Positions 38,309-50,589 of a DNA stretch of 64,000 bases are shown in pieces. The DNA is from an uncultured Actinomycetota bacterium (GTDB lineage Bacteria > Actinomycetota > Actinomycetes > Actinomycetales > CAWJMD01). Each line of letters opens with the position of its first letter. Within the stretch, counting starts at the first letter, position 1. The notes below the pieces were generated by a model. It was not told where the DNA came from and made no database searches. It was given only the letters and a program-made list of their open reading frames with translations. The stretch spans positions 128,080 through 192,079 of the forward strand of contig CAWGTL010000010.1 in assembly GCA_963825505.1 (NCBI GenBank), in the 5' to 3' direction. A program made the translations under genes and the position numbers.

Positions 38309-39088
38309 ATGAAGATCGTCGTCTGCGTCAAGTACGTCCCGGACGCCCAGGCCGAGCGCACCTTCACCGCCGACAACACCACCGACCGCACGAACGTCGA
38401 CGGCCTGCTGTCCGAGCTCGACGAGTACGCGGTCGAGGAGGCGCTCAAGCTCGTGGAGGCCGCCGACGGCGAGGTCGTGGCGCTGACCATGGGTCCGGAG
38501 CAGGCCACCGACGCCGTCCGCAAGGCGCTGCAGATGGGCGCCCACTCCGGCGTCCACGTGCTCGACGACGCGATCGCCGGCTCGGACGCCCCCGCCACCT
38601 CCCTGGTCCTGGCCAAGGCGGTCGAGAAGATCGGTGGGGCCGACCTCGTCCTCACCGGCATGGCGTCCACGGACGGCACGATGAGCGTCGTCCCCGCGAT
38701 GATCGCGGAGCGTCTCGGCCTGCCGCAGGTGACGATGGCCTCCGAGCTCGGCGTCGAGGGCGGCACCGTCACCATCCGCCGCGACGGCGACGCGTCGACC
38801 GAGACCATCACCGCGCAGCTGCCCGCGCTCGTGAGCGTCACCGACCAGATCAACGAGCCGCGCTACCCCTCGTTCAAGGGGATCATGGCCGCGAAGAAGA
38901 AGCCGCTGGAGACCTGGTCGCTCGCCGACCTCGGGGTCGACGCGGGCGAGGTGGGCCAGGGTGCCGCGTGGACGACCGTCGAGTCGTTCGCGGCGCGTCC
39001 GCCGCGCGAGGCCGGGCAGGTCGTCCAGGACGAGGGCGACGGCGGCGCGAAGCTCGCCGAGTTCCTCGTGTCCAAGAAGTTCGTCTGA
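38309..39088 (+). CDS. etfB: Electron transfer flavoprotein beta subunit
   Basis: MKIVVCVKYVPD, NELDEYAVEEAL-type segment, LVLTGMASTDG and PRYPSFKGIMAAKKK. Confidence 0.93.
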   Translation: MKIVVCVKYVPDAQAERTFTADNTTDRTNVDGLLSELDEYAVEEALKLVEAADGEVVALTMGPEQATDAVRKALQMGAHSGVHVLDDAIAGSDAPATSLVLAKAVEKIGGADLVLTGMASTDGTMSVVPAMIAERLGLPQVTMASELGVEGGTVTIRRDGDASTETITAQLPALVSVTDQINEPRYPSFKGIMAAKKKPLETWSLADLGVDAGEVGQGAAWTTVESFAARPPREAGQVVQDEGDGGAKLAEFLVSKKFV

Positions 39089-39134
39089 GCGACAACCCAT
39101 CTGCGTACACCCGTAGCGAAGGAGCAGTACCCCC

Positions 39135-40094
39135 ATGGCTGAGGTCCTCGTCCTCGTCGACCACGTCGACGGCGCCGTCCGCAAGACCACGTCCGAGCTG
39201 CTGACCATCGCCCGTCGTCTCGGCGAGCCGTCGGCGGTGTTCGTCGGTCAGGGCGCCGACCAGGCCGCCGCGGCCCTGGCCGAGTTCGGCGCCGAGAAGA
39301 TCTACACCGTCGACGACGAGCAGGTCACGAGGTACCTCGTGGCCCCGAAGGCCGAGGTGCTCGCCCAGCTGGTCGAGCAGACCTCGCCGGCGGCGGTCCT
39401 CATCGCCTCCAGCGCCGAGGGCAAGGAGATCGCGGCGCGGCTGTCGATCAAGACCTCCTCCGGCCTGATCACCGACGCCGTCGACGTGCAGGCGGGCGAC
39501 GGCGGCCCGGTGACCACCCAGTCGGTGTTCGCCGGCTCGTACACGGTGCAGGCCAGGGTCACCCAGGGCACGCCGATCATCACGGTGAAGCCGAACTCGG
39601 CCACGCCCGAGGCCGTCGAACAGCACGCCGGCCACCGAGGCCGTCAGCGTCAGCCTCTCCGAGGCCGCCACCAGCGGCCGAGGTCACCGACCGCAAGCCG
39701 CGCGAGCGCACCGGCCGTCCCGACCTGAACGAGGCCGCGATCGTGGTCTCCGGGCGGTCGTGGCACCAACGGCGACTTCGCCGCCGTCGAGGCCTTCGCC
39801 GACTCGCTGGGCGCCGCGGTCGGCGCGAGCCGCGCGGCCGTCGACGCCGGCTGGTACCCGCACGCCAACCAGGTCGGCCAGACCGGCAAGCAGGTCTCGC
39901 CGCAGCTGTACGTGGCCGCGGGCATCTCCGGTGCGATCCAGCACCGGGCCGGCATGCAGACGTCCAAGACGATCGTCGCGGTCAACAAGGACGAGGAGGC
40001 GCCGATCTTCGAGCTGGTCGACTTCGGCGTCGTCGGCGACCTGTTCACGGTGCTGCCGCAGGCCACCGAGGCCGTCGAGAAGTCCAAGGGCTGA
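39135..40094 (+). CDS. etfA: Electron transfer flavoprotein alpha subunit; three +1 frame breaks between about 39630 and 39757 as sequenced
   Basis: N-terminus [13 protein letters not shown]... and C-terminus [44 protein letters not shown] are both in frame 0. The conserved middle ([16 protein letters not shown] / [25 protein letters not shown] / [33 protein letters not shown]) steps through the other frames. Frame 0 hits TGA at 39726-39728. Confidence 0.88.
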
Positions 40095-40146
40095 CCCGCA
40101 CGGCACTCGACGAGAGGGCCGGGGCCACGGGATCTAGACTCAGGTC

Positions 40147-41351
40147 GTGACACCGCCCCTCGGTCCGACGTCGGTCTACCTCGACCACGCGGCGACCACC
40201 CCGATCCACCCGCTCGCTCTGCACGCCCTCACCGAGGAGCTCGCGGTGGGCGGCAACGCCTCGTCGCTGCACACCTCGGGACGCCGCGCGCGCCGCGTGG
40301 TGGAGGAGTCGCGGGAGCGGCTCGCGGCCGCGGTCGGTGCCGCCCCGAACGAGGTGGTGCTCACCTCCGGCGGCACCGAGGCCGACAACCTCGCCACCAA
40401 GGGCCTGTACTGGCAGCGCCGCGCCGAGGACCCCCGGCGCCGCAAGGTGCTGCTCAGCGCGATCGAGCACCACGCCGTCGTCGACCCCGCGGTCTGGCTC
40501 GGCGAGCACGAGGACGCCGAGCTGGTCTGGCTGCCGGTCGACGCCGAGGGTCGCGTCGACGTCGACGTCCTGCGCACCGAGATCGCCAAGGACCCGGACG
40601 CCGTCGCGCTGGTGTCGGTGATGTGGGCGAACAACGAGGTCGGCACGGTGCAGCCGGTGGCGGAGGTCGTCGCGCTGTGCGCCGAGCACGGCATCCCCGT
40701 GCACGCCGACGCCGTCCAGGCGGTGGGCCACCTGCCCGTCGACTTCGCGGCCAGCGGGCTCGACGCGCTCACCCTGTCCGGCCACAAGATGGGCGGTCCG
40801 ATCGGCGTCGGCGCGCTGGTGCTGCGCAGCGGGCTCGACCTCGTGCCGGTGCTGCACGGCGGTGGCCAGGAGCGCGGCATCCGGTCGGGCACCCTCGACT
40901 CCCCGTCGGTCGTCGCGCTCGCGGTCGCCGCGGAGCTGGCCGTGCGTGACCGCGAGGACGAGGCGCTGCGGGTCGGCCGGCTGCGCGACGGCTGGTCGAG
41001 GGCGTGCTCGAGGCCGTTCCCGACGCCGTGCTGCGCGGCGCGGCCCCGGGTCCGGACCGCCTGCCGGGCAACGCGCACCTGACCTTCCCCGGCTGCGAGG
41101 GAGACTCGCTGCTCTACCTGCTCGACGCCCGCGGCATCGAGTGCTCCACCGGCTCGGCGTGCCAGGCCGGCGTGCCGCAGCCCAGCCACGTGCTCAGCGC
41201 GATGGGAATCCCCGACCCCGAGGCGCGCGGTGCCCTGCGGTTCAGCCTCGGCCGCACCACCACCGAGGTCGACGTCAAGGCCGTGGTCACCGAGATCGGC
41301 GCGGTCGTCGAGCGCGCCCGCGGTGCAGGTCTGGCCGCCCGCCTGCGATGA
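40147..41351 (+). CDS. iscS: Cysteine desulfurase (IscS/NifS-like, Rv3025c-like); frame break near 40990
   Basis: [20 protein letters not shown]-lysine [10 protein letters not shown] and RSGTL are in the first frame. [16 protein letters not shown] ... [11 protein letters not shown] ... [10 protein letters not shown] is in the frame of ORF 41004-41351. Confidence 0.88.
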
Positions 41352-42442
41352 AGGTGCTGGCCGCGATGAGCGGCGGCGTCGACTCCGCGGTGGCTGCAGC
41401 ACGTGCGGCCGACGCCGGCCACGACGTCGTCGGCGTGCACATGGCGCTGGCCCGCAACCCGGCCACCGGCCGCACCGGCGCCCGCGGCTGCTGCACGATC
41501 GAGGACGCCGGCGACGCACGTCGCGCGGCCGACGTGATCGGGATCCCGTTCTACGTCTGGGACCTCGCGGAGCAGTTCACCGAGGCCGTCGTCGACGACT
41601 TCGTCGAGCAGTACGCCGCCGGGCGCACCCCCAACCCGTGCGTGCGCTGCAACGAGCGGATCAAGTTCGCCGCGCTGCTCGACAAGGCGGTCGCGCTCGG
41701 CTTCGACGCCGTGGCCACCGGGCACTACGCGCGGGTCGAGCCGGGCGACCCGCCGCGGCTGCTGCGCGCCGCCGACGCCGCGAAGGACCAGTCCTACGTC
41801 CTGGCCGTGCTGCCGCCGCAGCGGCTGGCCCGGTCGCTCTTCCCGCTCGGCACGGCTGCCTCGAAGGACGAGGTGCGGGCCGAGGCGGCCCGACGCGGCC
41901 TGTCGGTGTCGGCCAAGCCCGACAGCCACGACATCTGCTTCATCCCCGACGGCGACACCCGCGGCTTCCTCGACGCCCGCATCCCGCGGCGGCCCGGCGC
42001 CGTGCTCGACCGCGACGGCCGAACCGTCGGCACCCACGACGGCGCCCAGGGGTACACGGTGGGCCAGCGCCGCGGGTTGCGGCTGGGGGACCCCGCAGGC
42101 GACGGCCGTCCCCGGTACGTGCTCGAGGTGTCGGTCGCCGACAACACGCTCACCGTCGGCCCCGCCGAGGCGCTCGCGGTCGGGACGGTGACGGCCGAGG
42201 AGGCCGTGGTCTGGCTCGACGCACCGCCGGCGCCCGGCAGCGCGCTGCACGCCCAGGTGCGGGCGCACGGCACCGCGGTCCCGTGCACGGTGGCGAGGGC
42301 CGACGACGCCGGCCTGCTGGTCGAGGTCGGGGGCGCGCTCACCGGCGTGAGCGCGGGTCAGACCGTGGTCCTCTACGACGGCGACCGCGTGGTCGGGAGC
42401 GCGACCATCACCGCCACCGCGGCGGCCGCCGTCCCCGCCTGA
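41348..42442 (+). CDS. mnmA: tRNA 2-thiouridine(34) synthase MnmA
   Basis: [31 protein letters not shown] and ATGHYAR. ATG overlaps the upstream stop (ATGA). Confidence 0.95.
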   Translation: MKVLAAMSGGVDSAVAAARAADAGHDVVGVHMALARNPATGRTGARGCCTIEDAGDARRAADVIGIPFYVWDLAEQFTEAVVDDFVEQYAAGRTPNPCVRCNERIKFAALLDKAVALGFDAVATGHYARVEPGDPPRLLRAADAAKDQSYVLAVLPPQRLARSLFPLGTAASKDEVRAEAARRGLSVSAKPDSHDICFIPDGDTRGFLDARIPRRPGAVLDRDGRTVGTHDGAQGYTVGQRRGLRLGDPAGDGRPRYVLEVSVADNTLTVGPAEALAVGTVTAEEAVVWLDAPPAPGSALHAQVRAHGTAVPCTVARADDAGLLVEVGGALTGVSAGQTVVLYDGDRVVGSATITATAAAAVPA

Positions 42443-42464
42443 GGGCCTGCGTCCGGAGCGGCAG

Positions 42465-42506
42465 CGCGACAGGACGGAAACTTCCTGAGCCTGTGGGCTT
42501 GTCGCG
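42465..42506 (+). promoter_or_regulatory. Conserved upstream motif CGCGACAGGACGGAAACTTCC plus downstream inverted half TGTCGCG
   Basis: Gap-free alignment to the sites at 59214-59234 and 59707-59727, with 14 of 21 positions invariant. CGCGACA pairs with TGTCGCG and CAGGA pairs with TCCTG. Confidence 0.55.
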
Positions 42507-42533
42507 GTGCGCACCTCGCTGCACCGTGTGCTC

Positions 42534-43475
42534 ATGAGCACAGAGACCTTCCAGGGGGCGGACGTCCAGGCGCTGCGCGCGCTGCGGACGACGATGCAGG
42601 GCGTCGTGGCCGAGCTGCAGCGCTCGGCCGCCACGACGTCGTCGGCGCTGGACGCGCTGGCGTGGGCCGGCAACGACCAGTCGTCGTTCCGCACGGCGTG
42701 GACCGAGTGGTTCCGTCCGGTGATGCAGTCGGTGTCCGACGCCGTCACCCGCGCCGCCGACCAGGTGGAGGCCAACGCGGCCGACCAGGAGCGGGCCAGC
42801 GCCGACAACGGCACCGGTGGGACCGGCGGCACGACGGGCACGACCCTCGGCGCCCGCACCGACCCGGACCTCGGCGCGCTGAGCCGGCAGTACGAGTCCA
42901 ACGGCGACCCCGGCACGGTCTCCACCGGACGCGGCGACCGCGGCGGCGTCTCCTACGGGATGTACCAGTTCTCGTCCACCCAGGGCTCGGTGCAGGAGTT
43001 CGTCCGCGGGCTGCGCGACACGCACCCGGAGTACTACGCGGCCCTGAACGGGTTGCGCCCCGACACCCCCGAGTTCAACGCGGCCTGGCGCGAGCTCGCG
43101 CGCACCGACCCGACGGGCTTCGCCGCCGCGCAGCACGAGGCGATCGAGCGCACCCACTACACGCCGCAGCTCACGGCGACCGAGCAGCGGATCCCGGGCC
43201 TGGACTTCGAGCAGCGCTCGCCGGCACTGCGCGACGTGCTGTGGTCGACGTCGGTGCAGCACCGGCGGATGACCGACGACATCTTCGAGCGGGCGCTGGC
43301 CGGCCGCGACCCGGCGACGTTGACCGACGCCGAGATCATCCGGTCCGTCTACGCAGAGCGCGGGCGCGACAACGGGATGGCGTACTTCTCCGGCAGCAGC
43401 GCGGCCGTCAGGCGGGGTGTGGTCAACCGGTTCCGCAACGAGGAGCGCGACGCGCTGGGGATGCTCGGGCAGTAG
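42534..43475 (+). CDS. WXG100-like N-terminal domain fused to a lysozyme/chitosanase-fold (VgrG3-C-like) peptidoglycan hydrolase domain
   Basis: N-terminus is paralogous to the WXG100 protein at 60874 (LAWAGNDQSSFRTAW, ADQERAS). Gly/Thr linker. C-terminal YESNGDPGTVSTGRGDRGGVSYGMYQFSS and AYFSGSSAAVRRGVVNRFRNE. ATG 42534 preferred; GTG 42507 is possible. Confidence 0.65.
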   Translation: MSTETFQGADVQALRALRTTMQGVVAELQRSAATTSSALDALAWAGNDQSSFRTAWTEWFRPVMQSVSDAVTRAADQVEANAADQERASADNGTGGTGGTTGTTLGARTDPDLGALSRQYESNGDPGTVSTGRGDRGGVSYGMYQFSSTQGSVQEFVRGLRDTHPEYYAALNGLRPDTPEFNAAWRELARTDPTGFAAAQHEAIERTHYTPQLTATEQRIPGLDFEQRSPALRDVLWSTSVQHRRMTDDIFERALAGRDPATLTDAEIIRSVYAERGRDNGMAYFSGSSAAVRRGVVNRFRNEERDALGMLGQ

Positions 43476-43504
43476 GCCGCGTCGCAGGTGCAGCGGGCCG
43501 AGGG

Positions 43505-45664
43505 TCAGGAACGCGGCAGCTGCGCGGGCACGGCGTCGTCGACGCGCAGCCGCTGCAGGGACGACAGCCACTGCTCGCTCCACGCGACCACCGCGTCGGC
43601 GGCCATCGGACGGGCGACGTGCCAGCCCTGCGCCTGGTCGCAGCCCAGGGTGGTCAGGCGGTCGAGCACCTGGCCGGTCTCGACGCCCTCGGCGACCACG
43701 GTGAGGCCGAGAGCGTGCGCGAGCTCGGCGACCTTGGCGACGATCGCCTGGTCCATGTCGGAGTCGACGGCGCGGCTGACGAAGGAGCGGTCGAGCTTGA
43801 CCTCGTCGACGGGCAGGCTGCGCAGCATCAGCAGCGAGGACCAGCCGGTGCCGAAGTCGTCCATCGACAGCACGACGCCGAGGTTCTTGAGCTGCACCAT
43901 CGAGCGGCGGGCGCCGGCGAGGTCGTGGGCCAGGACCCGCTCGGTGACCTCGAGGGTCAGCATGGACGGCGGGATCGCGTGCCGGCGCAGGCGGGCGGCG
44001 ACGCCGTCGACGAAGTCGGGCTCGAGCAGGTCGCGCAGCGACACGTTGACGGCGACCGGCGCCTCCAGCCCCTGCCGCCGCCAGGCGGCGCACTGGGTGA
44101 GCGCCATCTCCAGGACGGCGTCGGTGACCTGCGGCATCAGCCCGGACTGCTCGGCGGCGGGGATGAACTCGTCCGGCGGGACGGTGACACCGGAGGGGTG
44201 CCGCCAGCGCACCAGCGCCTCGACGCCGACCAGCTGCCGCCCGGCGAGGTCGATCTTGGGCTGGTACTCCAGGTAGAGCTCCTCGAGCTCGAGCGCGCGA
44301 CGCAGCGACCCGAGGATGCCGAGCCGGGTCATCGAGACGGCGGCGGCGGTGGGGTCGAACACGGCGCAGCCGAGCTGCTCGCGCTTGGCGGTGTACATCG
44401 CGACGTCGGCGCGGGACAGCAGCGTCTCGAGGTCGAGGCCGTGCTCCGGCGCCATCGCGATGCCGACGCTGGCGTCGATGTCGATCAGCTGGCCGCCGTC
44501 GTGGGTGTACGGCTTTCGCAGCACCTCGCCGATCGCCTCGCCGGCGGCCACGGCGGCGGCCGCGTCCGGTACCTCGAGCAGGACGGTGAACTCGTCGCCG
44601 CCGAGGCGGGCGACGAGCTCGGCCGCGGGCAGGGCCTCGGTGAGCCGGGCCGCCACCTCCTGGAGCACCCGGTCGCCGGTGGCGTGGCCGAGGACGTCGT
44701 TGACCTCCTTGAACCGGTCGAGGTCGAGCAGCAGGATCGCGAGCTGGGGGACGTCGCCCTCGGCGAGGGTCCGCAGGGCCTTGCGGGTGGTGCCGTTGAA
44801 CTGCGACCGGTTGGCCAGGCCGGTGAGGTCGTCGTGCAGCGCGGCCCACTCGTTCTTCATCTGGCCGGCGGCGGACAGGTGGATGGCGGCGACCGGGATC
44901 ACGGCGAGGATCGTCATCAGCGGCGAGACGACCATCATCGCGGCGACCATCGGCCCCATCGCCAGCTGCGAGCCGTTGACGGAGATCTCGAACAGCAGGG
45001 TCGAGCGGAACTCGTTCCAGAACCGGGTGGCCGTCATCTGGCCGATGACGAAGCTGACGACCACCTCGTTGACCAGGAAGTACGCGACGGCCGCGAGCAG
45101 GCAGACCAGGAGCTCGAACGGCGACGACGGGTGCCACGGCTGGTCGAGCGAGGCGTGGACGCCGAACAGGTGCAGCACGGCGTCGGCGGCGAAGATCGAC
45201 AGGCCGTACTGGCCGGCGTTGAACGCGAGCCGGAACGGCGCGTGCCGGTCGAGCAGGCCGGACAGCAGCGTGGCGATCGTCAGCAGGATGACGGCCGGGA
45301 GGGCGTCGAACGCGATGAGCAGGGCGAAGGCGAAGGGGGTCGACCAGGACACGCCGGTGGGGTCCTTGAACCGGGTGCCGATCACCGGCAGCAGCTCGCC
45401 GCCCAGGATCAGGACGACGGCGGAGGCGAGGGCGACCCAGGTCGTGCCGGAGACCAGGCCGAACGAGGGCAGCGGGTCGGTGACGAGCTTCCAGGCCACG
45501 AGGGCGGCCGCCAGCGCCGGCGCGCCCCACACCGTCGCCCAGAAGGCGATGGGGTCGGGGGGCTGCGGCCGGTTCCGGGCACGGCTGGCGGCGACCAGCT
45601 CGTCCGTGGTGGCGGTCGACATCAACCTCTCCGGCTCGCGCGGGTGCGACCGGTCGGTCGGCAC
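43505..45664 (-). CDS. Membrane-bound GGDEF-EAL protein, paralogue of the 19839 gene
   Basis: N-terminal polytopic domain with FNAGQY. ARLGGDEFTVLL. EAL motifs VEALVRWRHP, VAVNVS, EVTER, DDFGTGWSSL, KLDRSF, AEGVETGQ and QGW. ATG 45622 is an alternative start. Confidence 0.9.
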   Translation of the reverse strand: MPTDRSHPREPERLMSTATTDELVAASRARNRPQPPDPIAFWATVWGAPALAAALVAWKLVTDPLPSFGLVSGTTWVALASAVVLILGGELLPVIGTRFKDPTGVSWSTPFAFALLIAFDALPAVILLTIATLLSGLLDRHAPFRLAFNAGQYGLSIFAADAVLHLFGVHASLDQPWHPSSPFELLVCLLAAVAYFLVNEVVVSFVIGQMTATRFWNEFRSTLLFEISVNGSQLAMGPMVAAMMVVSPLMTILAVIPVAAIHLSAAGQMKNEWAALHDDLTGLANRSQFNGTTRKALRTLAEGDVPQLAILLLDLDRFKEVNDVLGHATGDRVLQEVAARLTEALPAAELVARLGGDEFTVLLEVPDAAAAVAAGEAIGEVLRKPYTHDGGQLIDIDASVGIAMAPEHGLDLETLLSRADVAMYTAKREQLGCAVFDPTAAAVSMTRLGILGSLRRALELEELYLEYQPKIDLAGRQLVGVEALVRWRHPSGVTVPPDEFIPAAEQSGLMPQVTDAVLEMALTQCAAWRRQGLEAPVAVNVSLRDLLEPDFVDGVAARLRRHAIPPSMLTLEVTERVLAHDLAGARRSMVQLKNLGVVLSMDDFGTGWSSLLMLRSLPVDEVKLDRSFVSRAVDSDMDQAIVAKVAELAHALGLTVVAEGVETGQVLDRLTTLGCDQAQGWHVARPMAADAVVAWSEQWLSSLQRLRVDDAVPAQLPRS

Positions 45665-45701
45665 GTCCTCCTGTCGGACGAAACGGACCCCGACTTGAGC
45701 C

Positions 45702-49117
<3,416 letters not shown>

Positions 49118-49211
49118 GACGCCTCCCTCGGGTCCGGGTCGGGAAGAGGGCGGAGAGCCGATCGATGCTACGCCTGCGGAGGCGGCCCGGACCAGAGCCC
49201 GGACGGAGCGA

Positions 49212-50234
49212 CTAGGCCGCGGCCACCTCGGCGAGCGCGCCCGCGAGCTCGACGGTGCGCACCGTGAGGGCACGTGCCTGGCGCGGCGTGCAGCCGGCCA
49301 GCCCGCAGGCGGGGGTGACGACCACGTCGGCGAGCAGGTCGGCGCCGAGCCCGACGTCGCGCCACGGACGGTGCAGCCGGTCGACCAGCTCGGTCGTGGC
49401 GGGCAGCTCGCCGGACGTGGGCACCAGACCCGCCCACAGCCGGGTGCCCGCCTCGACCGCGACGGCCACCGACTCCCAGCCGCGCGACCCGAGCAGGGAG
49501 GTGTCGAGGGCGACGGCGTCGACGCCCGCGGCCCGCAGCAGCCCGACCGGCACGTCCGGCGCGCAGCAGTGCGCCACCACCGTGGCGACGTCGGCGGCCC
49601 GCAGCCGCTCGACCACGCGGGTGAGCGCCGCCTCGACCACGACGGCCTCCACCGCGGACAGCTTCCCGAACCCGCTCACCGTGGGCAGGCCGCCCCTCAG
49701 CACCGCCGGCAGCGACGGCTCGTCGAGCTGCACCACGACCTCGGCGCCCGGCACCAGCCGCCGCACGTCGCCCACGTGCTGCGCCAGTCCCTCGGCCAGC
49801 GAGTCGACCAGGTCGCGGACGGCGCCGGGGTCGGTGACCACCCGCTCGCCGCGGGTGAGCGACACGGTGGCGGCGAGCGTCCACGGCCCGCAGGCCTGCA
49901 CCTTGAGCGGACCGGACCAGCCGTCCGCCGCCTCGGCGAGCGAGTCGAGGTCGGCGTGCAGGAACGACCGGGCCCGCTCGAGGTCGCGTCCCGGCCGGTC
50001 CACGAACCGCCAGCCGCTGGGCTGCAGGTCGACCGGCATCTCGACGAGGAGGGCCGCCCCGCGCCCGGTGAGGTCGGCGCCGGGCCCGCGTCCGGGCAGC
50101 TCGGGCAGGTAGGGCATCCCCGGTGGTGCCCCGAGCTCGCCGATCACGGCCCTGGCCACCTCGAGCGGGTGGTCGCCCGGCTCGGCCGGCCACGACCCGA
50201 TCCCGGTGGCGGCGGTCGGGCTCGGCTCGGTCAC
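49212..50234 (-). CDS. Cobalamin-independent methionine synthase (MetE C-terminal)-like / URO-D-like protein (Rv3015c-like)
   Basis: 340 aa with [41 protein letters not shown] and TPACGLAG. Conserved neighbour of ligA in actinobacteria. Confidence 0.6.
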   Translation of the reverse strand: MTEPSPTAATGIGSWPAEPGDHPLEVARAVIGELGAPPGMPYLPELPGRGPGADLTGRGAALLVEMPVDLQPSGWRFVDRPGRDLERARSFLHADLDSLAEAADGWSGPLKVQACGPWTLAATVSLTRGERVVTDPGAVRDLVDSLAEGLAQHVGDVRRLVPGAEVVVQLDEPSLPAVLRGGLPTVSGFGKLSAVEAVVVEAALTRVVERLRAADVATVVAHCCAPDVPVGLLRAAGVDAVALDTSLLGSRGWESVAVAVEAGTRLWAGLVPTSGELPATTELVDRLHRPWRDVGLGADLLADVVVTPACGLAGCTPRQARALTVRTVELAGALAEVAAA

Positions 50235-50289
50235 CGGGCAAACCTACGCGGGACGAACCGGGTCGACGGCCCTCACTAGACTCGCCGCC

Positions 50290-50589
50290 ATGTCCGCCCT
50301 CTCCACCGACCAGGTCGCGCACCTGGCCCGGCTGGCCCGGATCGACCTCACGCAGGCCGAGCTGGAGCGCCTCGCCGGGCAGCTCGACCAGATCCTCGAC
50401 GCCGTGGCCCGGGTCGAGCAGGCCGCCGGGGCCGACGTGCCCGCCACGTCGCACCCGCTGCCGCTCACCAACGTCTTCCGCGACGACGAGGTCCGCCCGT
50501 CGCTCGGCGCCGAGGCCGCTCTGTCCGGCGCCCCGGCGTCCGAGCAGGACCGGTTCCGCGTCCCGCGGATCCTGGAGGAGGAGCAGTGA
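50290..50589 (+). CDS. gatC: Asp/Glu-tRNA amidotransferase subunit C
   Basis: [39 protein letters not shown]. Confidence 0.93.
   Translation: MSALSTDQVAHLARLARIDLTQAELERLAGQLDQILDAVARVEQAAGADVPATSHPLPLTNVFRDDEVRPSLGAEAALSGAPASEQDRFRVPRILEEEQ

Noticed and set aside
39625-39760. Programmed ribosomal frameshifting as the explanation for the etfA (and GH57, GT4, desulfurase) frame switches.
   Set aside because: No slippery heptamer or stimulatory structure is evident. Three consecutive shifts in one housekeeping gene have no precedent. The switches sit at short G/C runs, which points to indel errors or decay.
42507-42533. GTG 42507 as the start of the WXG-hydrolase gene (the ORF-track start).
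   Set aside because: The extra MRTSLHRVL residues overlap the conserved upstream motif stem. The paralogues begin MS(T/G).. directly, so ATG 42534 is preferred. Neither start has an SD, so this remains uncertain.
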